A stretch of DNA of 62,451 nucleotides, filler included, from Choristocarpus tenellus KU-1152 (taxonomy: Eukaryota; Protista; Phaeophyceae), in NCBI GenBank assembly GCA_964200185.2. It is 8 parts of 8 records of this genome, joined end to end, with 100 filler letters (N's around TTAATTAATTAA, not from the genome) between each part and the next. Parts side by side here need not be neighbours in the genome. Positions count along the whole stretch, not along the records: positions 20,356 to 47,014 come from CAXNAD020000167.1; 7 more parts are not named here. One strand, 5' to 3'. The translations under genes were made by a program, and so were the position numbers. The notes under the pieces are model-generated. The model had not been told where the DNA came from, searched no databases, and saw only the letters and a program-made list of their open reading frames with translations. Positions 24,693 through 39,600 of this stretch are shown here, piece by piece (the stretch's first letter is position 1; every line of letters begins with the position of its first letter).

Positions 24693-24752
24693 TATTTGTA
24701 CTATGTAAAACGTTTATTGTACTATGTAAAGCGTTTATTGTACTATGTGAAA
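24693..24752. repeat. ~21-bp tandem repeat x3 (TTTATTGTACTATGTAAAACG)
   Basis: Three adjacent near-identical copies of TTGTACTATGT[AG]AA. Confidence 0.8.
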
Positions 24753-25149
24753 CCTGTAATTTATTCATTAAAACATGCAAAACACATAAAAAAATATATT
24801 GAAGCATGTACATTATTGTGAACCCTACACGAAGACAACCCTAACCCTATATTACAATACAAAACAATGGGAGATGCCAGCCCACCCAGGCCCACCTGAC
24901 CAACACTAAATCCACGTACATATAGGAGACATCCCACCATCACCCAACCCAATCCTACCAGCCCAATTCGCACCAGGTTCACCTTAAACCCGTCACTGAC
25001 TCTTCGTGGGGTGTTGGTACCATTTTTTTGGTGTTCCATCTTGAAGTGGGTCTGGAAAAACCTGGAATTTACTTTTGAATTATCAGTTCATATTTGTGAT
25101 TTCTTTAATCTTCATGAATGTCAAACATAAACATTTTGCACATACGTTG

Positions 25150-25370
25150 TACCTAATAAACTATTTCACCGATACACTAATAAACTAGTAAATTAATATA
25201 CTAATGCACTAATTAATTATTACATTAATGCACTATTACACTAATAAACCAATACACTATTACACTAATAAACTAATAAATTAATTAATACACTAATAAA
25301 CTAATACACTAGTACAGTGATATAGTTATAAAATAATAACTAATACACCAATACACCAATACACTAATAC
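25150..25370. repeat. AT-rich degenerate satellite (TACACTAA / CTAATAAA units)
   Basis: Repeated ACACTAAT and ACTAATAA 8-mers. Confidence 0.75.
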
Positions 25371-28300
25371 CTGTATTGAACAAGTTTATCGTATCCAACG
25401 ACAATTTCTTGAATTGAATTGTGCATTTAGGGTGGTGATGAGTGTCACTCAGGTAGTGGGAACAAGTATGTGCTGGTCTCATGATTGAACAGCACCAAAT
25501 GGGAGTAGTGTGTTGTAGTGGCTGAACAAATCCAAAAGATTTGCCATACCCTCATTCAAGCACAACATTATTGTAACTCTGACACACCTATGGTAGCTAT
25601 TGAATGCAAGCTGTCCCTATCACAAACACATTCACTATGGCAAACCTTGTTCATTGTATTTTGATACCCTCACAAACAGGCAAAAAGTTGGCTGACTGGT
25701 CACCTGATCCACAGGCATGTCCATCTTCCCAACCCACCATGTTCTTGTTGATGCTCCTGAGGCCGGGAGGAGGATCTGCTCCATGCATCATTATCACAAA
25801 GGAGATTGTCCCCAACACGATAGCGCATAATGTTGCCTTAATCCAATAGGGGTTGAATCAACAAAGACCTCAGCTTCTGAAGGACAGCATGCCAAGGTGA
25901 CAACGGCTGATTTACCTGGTCATGGTTGACCCACTTCTGGAGGTGTCAAGCAATCGAGAATCCATGATGGTCAGCAATGGCATTGATGATATCGGTGCCA
26001 GAGCTGTACCTGTCACCCAGACTGGTAACTGTATGAGTGGGGGTGATCCTGTACTTTGGAGGAGATCCTGCCACAGGCCAGATCTGGAAAAGGATGTAAC
26101 GTAACTTTAGCTTAGTGTCCAGAAGGGATGAATGCAGCAGCCACCAGTGTGCACAAGCTAGTGTAGGAAGCCCCTACAATGATATATTTAGGGTAGATGC
26201 ATATTATTTGGATATTAAGGTGTGTTTGTAGACTGGTTAGCATTTGAGAATGTGGAGGAACACAAGAGTCTTGTCTGTTATCCTGAATGAATGATTGTTG
26301 TGCTTTGCTGTACACCATACTATACACCATACTATGTATCAAACTATATATCATACTGTGCATCATACATGCACGGGAGATATTATTACTCTTTTCATTT
26401 TGATATTTACCTGTGTGTTGAGGTCTCATAAATTTGGTGTGATATGTAACAGGATATTTGAGTATTGTGTCTAGCTCCAGCAGTCTTTCCTTGGTCGGAT
26501 ATGATAGGGTTGGGGTTCCACTGAATTGACCTTTTAGGCGTGTTTTGCCATGTCTTTAGTAAAGCCTATGCGCTGTGTCTAACAATGTTTTACAATGTGT
26601 TGGGGTCAGAAAGATTTGATCTTTGGTTTTGTATAGAGCTTGTGTTTTACCACTTTGATTTGTACAAGTCTAGTATGGTAGTTTGTTGGAAGTTTCTACT
26701 GTTGCCAATTGAAAGAAATTGCGAGGGTTTTATATCACCTTGAGACAATTCCATTAACTCAATTGAATCAACTGAATGCAGCCATATATGCAACACTACG
26801 TATGGGTGGCTAGGTGACCATAAGGAACTACTGAGTGATGCGAGGAAATTTGCATTGCGTCAAAAAGCGCTAATACTCATGGCGAAATAATGGACTTCTC
26901 AAAAGGTATTGATTTCGATATATATATATAATATTCTTCAATGAAGAATCAACACGATTGAATTGTCATGTTTGACAACACTACCATGTACTAGTGCTAG
27001 AGTTATTTCTTATTGGCTTTGTCACATTGTATCATTGGTCTTGGCTGACTCAGGCACCAAGCACACTTGCTATAAATTAAGCATGTGTGTGCGGCAAGCC
27101 TAATGGAGGGAGAGTCTTTGCTGCTGCAGACCAACTGTGGTTTGTATATCTACACCCAACCCAACTTTCAGTCTCATGATCACTTTTGTTCAATCCCTCT
27201 TGGGAATTAAAGTAACTGTCAACTACAGCAGTAGTAAGATTCTTCCTAGTACTTTCCTCCAAGACAAATCTGACCTTAAACTAGGGCGTAGGACCCTGAA
27301 TGTAACCTTGGACGTGGACATAATTTCTTGTTGAATACCATTGATGATACTTTGATATATGTTCCAACCATTAATTGTTGGTTAATGGTTGTTGTTTGGA
27401 ATTATACTTTTTACCACTGCCGATACCCAACAAATGCAGTACATATTTAGGAAAAAGTGGACGTCTCAAGGCTCTGTGCTGGAAGCAACCTCACATAGAC
27501 AATTGAGGATCAGGTCGTACTATGTTGTTCTGTGTTCAAATCACCTCAATAGTGCCCAAGTAGCTATGGTATTTCTGGATAATTTAATGCTTACTTGAAG
27601 TATGTAGCAAATCCAGATGACAAAATAGCCCAAAACAGGGTAATACTGATTCAGTATCTATCTGTAGTACCCTGACCTTTGTTTTCTTCTCCCAGTTCAA
27701 CACTGATATACAGAAGTAACCGGTGACAGTTTTCAAACCTCAACATGCGCAATCATGTGTGACATGGCTGAGATTGGAAGGAATTTGTGGCCCTGACTGA
27801 CTCTCACAACAGTATGATCAAAAGTTCCATACATGCCTAAAGATCAAGTAACTGAGTCCGATTCTACCCAGAGGACACAGATGGCCCAATATTACGTAAT
27901 ATAGCTTTAGGAATAAATGTCAAAGAACATGGGTGTCCTTCCTCTTATAATGTCCATTTCTGTCAACTTGTGGCGTGTAGTGGTCCAATTACTCTGTGGT
28001 GGGTGGTGCTAGCTTCACCAATGACATCTAGCAAGATCTAACAAGATCTAGCAAGATCTAACAAGATCTAGCAAGATCCGGCAAATGTCATCTACCACCC
28101 AGTGTTGCCTTACCCTACTTTCAGTCTATGTAGATACTATAATACTCGGTATGTGTGTTGCATTACTCTAAAACAGTATCCAAAACTATAGCCTCAACCT
28201 CCTGACTGATGACCTCAAGGGGATCACAGTTTCCACATGCTAGGTCTTTCCGCATGTTCCTTGCCCACAAGGTCAACCCTCAAGCCCTGAACATACCCCA

Positions 28301-31300
28301 AAATATCGTGTCTAGTTATGCCAACACTCAAGGACATGATGTGACAAAATGTGGCAGGTCGCAATGTAATGTGGCATAACATCATGAAGCACAACATGAG
28401 ATGATATGAAAGACAATACTTGTACTGTATGATTAAATCAGTATAATCCTTTTACCCTGGAACGTCCCCTTCCCCGTTGATGGTATTCTTGCTACAATTA
28501 TCACACACTGTATATTTCCATAATGGTCAATAACGGCACCATTTGTCTACCTTTCAGTCGATTCCCTCCTGGGCAACTTCATCACTCCATCTAGTCTCAT
28601 GTCTGCCTCTTTTGCATGGGAGATACTTCTAATATCTCTCAATATATAGGTATGACCATATTGCAAGGACCTGCACATACAAAACATTGAGCAGGCAGAG
28701 ATCCCTGACTTGTGTGCCTGCAGAGGATTCCAACACCTTGCAGAGGCGTCTCCTCCTCACTCCCTCGCCCTATGTGAGTGGGTATGGCTTTCTTTTATCC
28801 AGGATTTCCAGGAATATGTGGTATGTCCTTACAGATGGGGGCGACTACATCCACGTAACATTGTAAACATCTACACGCCAATCAGGTCAAGGATCCTAAC
28901 ATTCATTCAACTCAAAATTAACACACATGATTTTCAAATTTGAGAAATAATTTTGTGGGCATGCTGATATTTTTTTATGAAGAGCACCAAGGCCTTTGTG
29001 TGAGAGTTGTGCTCTCTTATTAGATCTACCTACCCCTGGTTGTTGTGGAGTCGATGGCTTTGTGTATCAGTCCATACAAGAGCATGATTGCCTTTGCCAC
29101 CCAGCACCCTTTCTAATAAAAACATTGATCTGTAGTTTAAGGAAAGTCAACGTGAGGGATGAATGTAGTGTTAGCAGAATTGCTGGTTCCAGTAGCACCT
29201 GCCTAAACATATTTAGAGGGATCTCACTTCAAGGAATTGTTGCCCCAATTTGAAAACCACACTTGATTTTGTGCAATCCAAGATCTATGCTCCTTTGCAG
29301 GACAGGTGAACAAACAAGTTGAAAACAACAGTTTAACAATACATTACAACTTCAAAACGCAGAATAGTTGGGATCCGATATTGGTACCAAGAAATCCAAC
29401 GCCCACAGGACATCAATCAAGGCTACGAATGGCTAAAGTTTTGTCATTTTCTCAAGAAAAGTGACTAAATTCTGACATTGGAGGCCAGACTATAACTTGT
29501 TACTAAAAAAGATGAAATAAATATATTTTGAGCACGCTGTAGACAGAGAGGATACAGTTAACTTCTACAATTTTGGTTGTCCTTACCCTTGAGAAATTTT
29601 GCCAAGTTTCTCTTTGGTTGCTTGGTCGAATTTCCTTGTACATGTTTGTTTTAGTGGAGAAACTATGAAGGTGGTCTCAGGTGATACACCAATTGTTGCT
29701 ATATTGAAGTAATCTCAAGTATCCTTGTTGTAGGTTCCATACCCTCAGGAGGTGGGTACAAAGTATATATGCTTCTCCTTTGCACTACCATTTCACTACT
29801 ACACTTTTACTACTAGCCTGGTACACCTCAACACTAATCTGAAGAATAATGCTATATAGTAGAGAAAATAATTGTAACAGCTGTCCTCTTGAAGATTGGG
29901 TATATATAGTACGCAAGAAAACAAGAAATGTTACTACACTAGTAGGTTGTTAGGTTCCTACTTTTTGCGTTTTGTGTTGGATTATTATGATTATGATTAT
30001 TATGATGATTAGTATTATTATTATTATAGGCAGCACCCACTGCTTTGAAGTCAGATTCATATATCAACTCAGAAAAGAAACAGAACGAACCCAACTCCAC
30101 CAACCAAGCCCTCTCAAACCCAGGCAGGTTTCATGCTTTTCACACTATTGAGATCTTATCACACATCATCGCATGCTACAACACCCACCCCAGGCCCTCA
30201 GTCCTGTAAGCTGTTCCAATTATCACTTGGTACGTTGAAGCATTCTGAGAGTAGTTCGGCAAAGTCCTCAATTTTCTGTGATTTTCATTACATATATTGT
30301 TCCAGAGCATGTTAAATATTCTGAGTATATATTACTCCTGGCACACATAATGAAGTCCCTTTTGTTAGACTCCATGCCAATACACAAAGGTCGAAGGAAA
30401 GAAGAACCAATCAAAGTATATCATGGACAAGCAACTACCATGCCTACAAATCATGATAGTGACCTTCATCATGCCAAACAAGATAAGGAACCTTACACTT
30501 TCACTATTGCCTAAATGTTGCTCTCAATGGTTTGTTCTCTTGGGTTATTTTTAGTCTCACCTTTGTAGTAGGTGATGAGCGATGTTCAAATGGATGGAAT
30601 GATCCTGAGGTTTTTATCTTTCCTCTATGATCTTGATGATGCTGGTAGTGTCAATGAGGTCCTGCCGTAATTATTGGATACTACTATATTACTGTGTGGT
30701 AGTGTCTGGGTCTTGACTGCTCTGTTCAGCCACATTGAGTTATATCTTTCCTTTTCTTCATCACAGCCCGTTCCCGCCCAGTCTAGTCACATCTCTGACG
30801 GCCTTGTATCAGCCCTTTCAATACATACTTCGCAGGGATTGATTGGTCTGTGACTGATTTGGTTCAAACTATGATGGTCATGGACCTTTTCTGTTCACCA
30901 TATTTTTGATGGGTCCGTCTATGGCCCAGTTTGGTTTGTGATGGTCCTGGATAAAATGGCACCAGGCAGGTCAAAATGGGTGGGACCTACCTTGTGGAAC
31001 CTATGCTCAAGATATTCTGCTGACTACATGTGTGAATGAGTGTTTTAAAGAAATTTCTTGAGCTTCACACATTCCTGTCATCGTAACATCACTGGTTCCT
31101 GACTAGACCCCCTCCACAACACCATGTTTGATTAGGATCACGGGAGGGTCCATGTCCCGGTCCGGTTACAATCTCGGACAGTCCTGGACAGCCATATTAA
31201 ACCATGTTTCACAGAGGTTGATCTGTGGCCCGATCTTTTGAAATCTCATACTGTCCTGGACAGGCTCTTTTTTCACATATTTCACCAGCTCCACCTTGCA

Positions 31301-32049
31301 GCCTGGTCTGGTTGAAATTCTGATGACCCTGTACTATATCTTTCATGATCAACCACAACAGTACAACTGTAGCATTAATTGATTCAATATCACGACACTG
31401 ACCCTTCAACTTCAATCTTCCTCATTTTCTCACTCCATGCAATTCTGCAATGATCTTTGGCTGTGTGTTGGTTATCTGAATTTGTGACCTCAACGAGATA
31501 AACTCAGACCTACATAGGTTAACTCTTTCTAATTTTATTTTTCACTTATGGCAATTTGTAAGAATTACACAGTATTCTTACGAAGGCAATTCTTCTCACA
31601 TTAGTCCGAGAGGTCCCAGACCTGTTGTCAGAAGGTGTTCAAAGAAGGCATTACACACTTCGTAAGATACATAGTAGTAGTAATACTTTGAAGTACATCT
31701 CAAAAAGATAAAAATAGATAAAAATAGATAAAAATAGTGAAGAAGTAAGAAAATAAAGGAGAAGAGGGAGAGGTATAGAAAGCACAGTATATCTACAGAG
31801 ACAACAAAGGAACCCAGGGGTGATGCACCAAGATACAACACCTGAACAAAAAAGGAAACTCAAGGCACACCAGGTGCATGCAATCTGAAAAACTAACACT
31901 CATATCACATAATCGAAAAAATGAAAGGGGAAAAGGTACACAAGAATAATCAGGTCAGTAGAGAAGAACAACGAAAAAGCAGCTTTCAGCTGACAGTGGT
32001 GGGGGTGGTTGCTTGATCTTCCTTACCTACTACTTTTGCATAGTTTCAC

Positions 32050-32530
32050 ATTGACCATCACAACTTCCTTGGAGCACCATTCTGCCATGAAAAGCTTGTT
32101 ACACAGTGTGTCCGTACCACCTGTTGAGGTTGATTTCCCTTGTGCTCCAGTCCTCAACTGTGATCCTTTCTCAAGGTCGTCTTGCAGGCACATCCACCAG
32201 TTCTTCTCTTGTCCACCTTGCTTTCATTTTCCATCTGTAACCTCCCCATATATCAGCACCTTGAGGAGTTGCTCATTTCCCATGCGTGCAACCGACCTGG
32301 GAATATGAACGAGTCTCTGCTTACATGTGGTTGTCTTAACAAAATAAAAAAGTCTTCACAAAAACATCTTTGTGGCACAATGGTGTGTGATTTGTGTTTC
32401 CCTGCTTGTGAAATCTGATGAAGCGTGGGAGGAAGTTGTGGTGTAGTGTCATGCCATTCAATTATACTTGAGAACCTCAAGCACTTCAGCCTCGAGCATT
32501 CTCATCTTCATCCCAAGTGCAATATATAAG
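32050..32530 (-). mobile_element. Decayed non-LTR retrotransposon (RTE-like LINE), C-terminal ORF region
   Basis: Minus-strand frames give RMLEAEVLE and VARMGNEQLLKVLIYGEVTDGK*KQGGQEKNWWMCLQDDLEK, resembling the RTE post-RT motif GHVxRMxxxRLPKxxxxGE..GGQxKxW. Contains stops and frameshifts. Confidence 0.7.
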
Positions 32531-33759
32531 AACCAATTGTAGAGCACTTGGATGCATTTTCAGAAACAACTGCAACCTTTTTGTGTCCTTTGACTGTTCT
32601 TGGCAATAATATATGCAAAATACTATGAAATATAACAAGATTGATTAGAAGATTGTTTATCATATTCTACGTTTATTTTTTTTGTATTGCTACATACTAT
32701 GTACAGTTACAGTACGAGTATATATTATCTGTTCGTGTTCAACACTTTTCTATTTATGTAGTACATACTATTTATGATTTGTCACGTATTATTTGGTTCA
32801 TTTTTATGTAATCTGAGGACTATCTCCATCCTTACTTCTTGTAATACTACTAGATGCTGTAACCAACCGGTACACTACCACAAATCGACAAATTATTCTC
32901 CTGCTGTTTGTGCCCTGCTTCTTGCACAGATTCAACCATCCCACACACCCCATTACTCCTCTCTTAAACCCACACCCCCTGCCTACCCTCCTTTGGCAAT
33001 AATAGGTTGTCACCTTGATCTTGTGATTGCATTATTGTGGTACAGGAGGTAGGTAGGATATGTGCACAAAACGTTACGAGTAACTCAACGATTCTGAGGC
33101 CAAATTGGAGACTTCCCCTGATTGAGGTTTTGGCAGCAATGCTACTGACAGACTAGTCAGTGCCTGCTGCTGGTTTATTGTTTGTGATAAATTGGAGGCA
33201 CTCAGGAGCAATAGTGGTGGTTCGAGGTGCCATACAAAGTTTCAAGAAATAGATGTCATTTTTTTTCCAACACAATAAAAAATACTACATAGTCATGGAC
33301 AGAGGTTCATCTCACGCCAGTATGCCCCCTCTTCTAATAATTGAAAATAGTAATATTCTTTGTATTTTGTGGTAATATTCTTGATATTTTGTAGACGCAA
33401 TGCGTTGTATGGGGATAGTGTACCCAGGCACTAGGAAAGGACCACATGAAGTTTTCTCATGCTTTTATTTTTTGATAAAACATGTGAAAAATGTCTTACA
33501 TCTATATTTATCACACCCTATCATGTCCCTTTCCTGCGGGAGGTGGCAAACAACTTGAGGTGTCCCCAATTTTTTTTTGCCTCCAGTGTGGCCCCTCACC
33601 ACCCAGGGGCCTAATTTACCCATGTGGACAAAGGTGTTACAGACAGTACAATAGCATTCTACATTACCCTTTGAAGTATTTTCAGTGCATCTCTATTGCA
33701 CTACATATTATGGTACCAAAAACATTGGTACGAGTAGAGTACTAACAAAATATATATTA

Positions 33760-35477
33760 CTTCCTCCATTTGGAATCAAATATTACATATATTTTTCAAG
33801 CCCTGTTCTCACCTGGGAATAACCCCTGTGATAAACACTCTGCACAAGACTTAGTTCTCATATTGATTGGAGGGGGTGCAAAGTTTGAGATGGTGAGTTG
33901 TCATGAATGTGGAGATCACCAGTCCAAAGTTTACCAAGTGACATTTGATGGGGTTAAAAAACTTCGTGAAACTGTCAGAGCAGGTGTTTGTTGGGATACC
34001 TGGGACAAAGGTCCTTCATCATTCGAGTGACTCGCTTATCCCACTATTGCTCGTTAATCCCAGCTCTTCAACCCACTAGTTGGTGTGAGACTCGGATACC
34101 TTGGGGGACGGTGACGGCCATTATGGAGGACTTGGGATTTTCCCAAATCACTGTGTTCCGCCATCTGAAGAACTATGGCAGTCAGATTGCATGGGGTGAA
34201 TGTATGGACCTTGTACAGTGTTGTAAGAGGTGATGTGGCCACTGTACAAGTATCCTCAATATTCTTGATGTCTGGGACATCCCATCGGTACATCACACAT
34301 CTTTCTGTACATCCTTCCGCAAATGGGTGGCCAAATCTGGGGTCTCACCTGCCTCGTTGTGGGATCTGTGCAAGCGTGAGAAGGTAAAGAAGGTCAAGTG
34401 GGGGATCATGCCAGTCCTCTCAGATCAGCAGAAAGCCAATAGGGTGGGTTTCGTCATCAGCCTCATATAGGGGAAGGGGGAAAGTGGGGTATTAGTGGAC
34501 AAACTGTATGACCAGGTGCATGTGGTTGAGAAGTGGGTTTACATCCTCAAAGGTGGGCTAGGTTTGTACCTACACCCAACTGAGGACCTCCCCAAACCCC
34601 GGCAGGTATAGAATAATTGTTTCATTATGAAGGTGATGTTCCTTGCAGCTGTGGCCCACCCGAGGAAGCTCTTCAACGGGGTGTGACTGGATGGGAAATC
34701 GGGATCTGGCCAATCGTGGACACTGAGGTTGCTTAGCACTCTAGCAAACACTGCCTCAAAAGGCACCAAGATGCTTGCACCAGACACAGTGGGTGGGGAG
34801 AGAGAGGTATAAGAAGGCTCATGCTTGAGGATGTCATCCAGGCAATCAAGGCCCCCATGCATAAGCTGGAAGGACACACCATCTTCATGCAACAGGATAG
34901 GGCAAAGACACACACCAAGGGGGGGATCATGAAGGCAATCTAGGAGGCGGTGGGGAACAACATTGTCATAGAAATTCGATCAGCAAACTCACCTGACCTC
35001 AACGTCAGCAACCAGAGATTCTTTCATTCCATCTAGCAACCGAAGGAAGATGCGGGGGTGACCAACACAGACGAGCTGGTGGAGACCACAATGGAGACGT
35101 TCAATGTGTGCCCCCGGGAGACACTAGAGTGTGTCTGGCAGAGCCTCTTCACAGTCTATGGTGAAGTGCTGGGGTTGAAGGGTAACAGTGTCTTCAAAAT
35201 TCCCACTCTTAACAAGGAAAAGGCTGAGAAGGTGGGCAAGTTCCCCCCAAATGCCCAGTGGATGCGGAGAAGTATCATCCTGGAATGAAGTTTTGGAGGA
35301 CTTCGGGGGCAGAATCATAGATGGGTGCAGACTACCTTGCCCGTTTTGCTTGAGATTTTTGTGGGCAACCTTTTTAGTGTCTGCACAACACACCCATCAG
35401 ATATGAACATGTGAAAAAAAGTCTTGCTTCTTCATGGGGGCTGCAAAAGTTATGTTACATTTAATTCCAAACGGAAG
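33760..35477 (+). mobile_element. Full-length decayed Tc1/mariner DD39D-type (plant-mariner/Stowaway-like) DNA transposon
   Basis: Left TA|CTTCCTCCATTTGGAATCAAAT and right ATTTAATTCCAAACGGAAG|TA form imperfect TIRs with a TA TSD. Internal transposase motifs VHVVEKW, KVMFLAAVAHPR, DGKSGSG/IWPIV, MQQDRAKTH, NSPDLNV..RFFHSI, with many stops and frameshifts. Confidence 0.9.
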
Positions 35478-36650
35478 TACTGTGTTTTTATTGTTTGGAC
35501 ACTTTTAGTCTGGAACTTCTCTGCGGCCTCCACCCTACCTGGTCCGTTAACCTGTGGTCAGATGGTGGTGGACACTACACTATTCTAACCAACAAACTAC
35601 CTGTTTCACTACAACTAATTGCACTGTGTATACTTGCCAGGATCTTTTCTTGCATATTATTCTCAGATGTCCCACCCCTTCTCTCTCACAAATTTCCCCC
35701 ACCATGATCTAGATCTTTATGAGAGTCCCTTTTTGTGTTTAGAGTAAGAGAGTCAGGTCCACGTGTACTTTTCCAATCCATTTGCCAGCCACATCATTGG
35801 AGTCAAATTATGTGGCCTTTGGAATGGGGATTTGAACACTGACATTCCTGTTACAAATTGCAGGTGGACAACCATGTGACCTACTCATAAGTACGAGGCA
35901 AAGTACCATGCCATATCACAGTAATTTAGAGTTAATAGTGTCATAATTATTAGAATAAGAATAGGATACTGTTTATCCTTGTGACTTAGTGGTTATGGTA
36001 AAGGCAATAGTGACCTGCAGGAATCTAGAGATTTTGATCCTGTCATTAGAGACATCTCTTTTCACAAGAGTCTGGTTTCGAAGGTGCTATTCCAAGTGCC
36101 AAATCCGACTGATTATTGAATTGTATATTTTCCTGTCTGTCCAAAACGCTGGAACAAGATCAAAGTGGAATCTTGGGGATAGGTACTGGAGAAGATTCGA
36201 GGGAGGAGACGGAGCAAAGAGGGGTAGGAACGCTAAACCCAACGCCCAAGAAACCAAAACAGAATCCGAGGCAGAACAATTAAATCCCTTAGAAGTGCTA
36301 CAAGTAGATATCAGTTAGTATGAAGTATAGGTCATGTGTCAAATATGCTGAGAGAAGATCAGATTGAAGTGTAATATAGTATACTGTCTGTACTATTTTA
36401 TTAATATTAATTGTTCAACGTAAGCACAATCCTCTCGCTACGTGGCCGAATGTGGCGCTACAGGGCGTTGATGGGAGACAATCATTACAATGTTTTCACA
36501 AGGTCAGTCAGTGTGTGACATGTCAGGGGCAGAAGCCGGAGGAAGGTGAGGCCCTGTCAGGGACATATCTTTTCCAGCGCTTCCTAAGTGTGTTCCGCCT
36601 CGATCCCTCCCTGTCTCACTTTGACCGTCCCTCCGCTCATCTCGACAGGC

Positions 36651-39600
36651 ATGATAAGGCGCGTAACAAATCCGACGTTGAAGAAGCTGTATAGGTTCGT
36701 GCTCAAGAAGCTTGTGGGACGCTTCCTGGAGGATGACATCACTTTAGATGTGAGCTTGTCCGAGTAGTCTTAATTTTTCCTTGATTAATCTTACCGAGGT
36801 ATGCCACCGCCTTACGACTCTTTTGTTGTCCCCACTGCTCTGTTTCTTCCATGATGTCATCTCCTTCAGCAACTTGACGTGCATCTGCGAGCTGGGCGCT
36901 TGGAACTTACAGACCTCTCTCTGAAAGTTGAGGAATTTTCCCCCATCCTGAAGGATCAACCCTTTCGAATAAGTAGTGCACGTGTGGGCAAGTTGCGAGT
37001 GGAGATATCGTACACAAACATTTTGTCCGAGAGTCTCACCTTCAATGTTGATGACATCGTGGTGGATGTGGTTCCTCGAATCAGCGACAACGGGGAGCAA
37101 TGTGAGCCTTATCCTGAGGAATTATCTCCCTCACAAGGTGTCAATGCCCGGTCAGCAGGTAGGGGGGTTGATATTTGGGATGGAGACACGCCGTTGAAGG
37201 ACACAGCAAGGACAACACCAATAGAGGATAGATGTGAAAACGAGCCTTCAGAAGGGTTGGACTTTGTGGCTCAGTGGATAGAGCAGATCACATCCAAAAT
37301 AAAAGCAATAGTAAACAACATCACCATCAGGGTATCGTGTGGTGAGAATAAATGTGGAAAAGAGGGTTTGGGTTCAAGTTTTCCTGGTGCTGTGATCCAT
37401 GTGGCATCACTTGGCTATTTCGACGAGACACCAGACCATTTGCCAATGGCTACGGCAGTGTCCCAGCAGGGTGCTTCTGCAGTCAGCAATGGTGGATATG
37501 ACCCTTCGTTACCACGAGATGCGCGAAGGATGGGACTTGTTGCTCATAAGGTATGTTGAGGAAAGTTTTGGAAATCACAGGTAGATTTGCAGGTTTCAGG
37601 GGTGCAGGATACACCTTGTTTTTAATCCTCCTTGTAGACTCCAATATTATCCCAGTTCTTGTTAGGATACAGTAATGTAAAAAACAACGTATTGTGTTGC
37701 ATGTACTGTAGATTTTTGGGCTCTATATAGCCCCCCTTTGGCTCAGTATTGTTGAAGCTTGTTCCTGCATCCCTCCAACATTTTCGATTCACATCTTGAA
37801 GCTGTTAGCTCTAGTTCGATAAGTTACACAAGGAAAATAAATCATTTGAACAGGGAGAACAAATACTTTGAACTACACGCAGGGCAGTGTTAGTACAACC
37901 TTGAATGTGCAAGGGTGTGTTCAACTTCAACGAATTTGTGATACACCTCTTGTATCTTTTTGTTGTGGTAGTTAGGACTGTGAGCCCTTCTGTATCCTGT
38001 AAGGAGGATGCAGACCATGTTTCAGTCTTAACTGTTGAGATACAAGATGGTCGCAGTTGTAGAGTGCAGATGAAGCGTTAACCTCTTTATCTTTGATTTT
38101 GACCTTGTTGCAGCGACTCTCTGTGGGAGAAGTGTCTATTTTTTACCAGGAAGAAGATAAGCACAAAGAGCTATTCCAAACAACAGGGGGCAGCACTGTT
38201 CTTGTGAAGCTTGACCGAAGTCAGAGACAAGGCGGAGACTCAGAGGAACCAATGCTTGATGTGGACATATCTGTATCCCATGTACATGTTGCACTTGGTG
38301 CAAGTGATTGCACCGTCCTCGCCCGCCTTGCTGCAGGATTTACCTCCTCCCGAGTGGAGGCACCCTCTGGAAATGCATTGCATGATGGAGGGATGCTTGG
38401 TGATCTTATTCAGCCCTCTCTGTTCCAGGAACACTTTTGGTATTGTGATGATGGGCAAGGTATGGAATCAGATCAAGATACAACACGTGAACTCAACTTT
38501 GCAACATTGGAGAGCTTGCTGCACCAGGTCTGTTGATCCATCTCCCTTGAATGCCGATTCTTGATGCCCATCCTAGATTTCCGATGCGTGCCTCCAAGGT
38601 TGTTGCTTGGCAATGATAACACTCATAAGTTCACATCTATTTTGCTGCCTGCTGTGGTTAATTTCCATGTTTCTATCCCTGTTTTGATGGTCATTGTTTG
38701 TACCTTCACAACGGACATTTCATCTAAGTTCTTAATCCTTGTCTCTTGTTTTGCTTTATATGTTTATGTGTGCATTTTACATCTTGTGGTGATAGTATGC
38801 TGAAGCGCGTGCAAGGCTACTGCAAGAAATGGATGGGGTCAGGCCTGTCTCTGATGCAAGTGGAGGACCTTCCTTGGAAGATAGCGATTGTTTCTTTGAT
38901 TGCATTGATACAATACCTAACCCTGAAGGGGATTCGGGAGGGGCCAAAGATGTCAAGTTCCATGTGCAGGTTGGTGGGGCTAGGGTGGTACTGCTCATTG
39001 AGGAGCAAGCCATGAGAGGTAGCATTGGTATGGAGAATGTATCAACGACAAATGGGGCCAGCTCTGGGGCTAGGTTAGTTGCTGCAACCTATTTTCAGCT
39101 GTTGATGAATGAGATGAGCTACACCATGTACCTTGATCCAGCACAGGCACTGAATCATCAGGATGCAGGGATTGATAGTTTGACATTCTGTCATGTGGAG
39201 GGAGTGCCACATGATTGGGATGCAGGGTGGGTAGATGAAGGTTTGGGGAGAAGCTTGCTTCAATTCCCGGAACAGCCCAGCTCATCTGCACCATGTCTTT
39301 GGTTCAAATCTGTTGCTAGTGGCAGTGACCCTTCGGTGGGAGTTCTTTGTGACAACCTGCCCAATGTCTCTGTGGATGTAAGCTGTCTGCCAATGTCAAT
39401 CACTCTGGATATTCAGACTATTCTTCTCTTTCTTGACTTCGTGGGGTGCGTCCAGAATTCTCAATGTGCAGATGAGGCAGAGGTGCTGGGACACAGTGGT
39501 GATGAAACCCTCACCCAACAGAGTCATGTCAGTATGACTGTTTCGCTGAGTATTCCAGTAATACGACTGTGCCTTCCTGTCAATACCATGCCCTGCACCT

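Noticed and set aside
25440-26100. Coding-like minus-strand segment (similar ones at 15020-15400, 29400-29800 and 53550-53960)
   Set aside because: Interrupted by stops, and no family motif could be recognised with confidence; probably old TE or gene debris.
36520-36545. ATG at 36520 as the ATG2 start
   Set aside because: After splicing (GT 36546 to AG 36648) it is out of frame with the conserved N-terminus; more likely a 5'UTR exon or uORF, so the start is placed at 36651.
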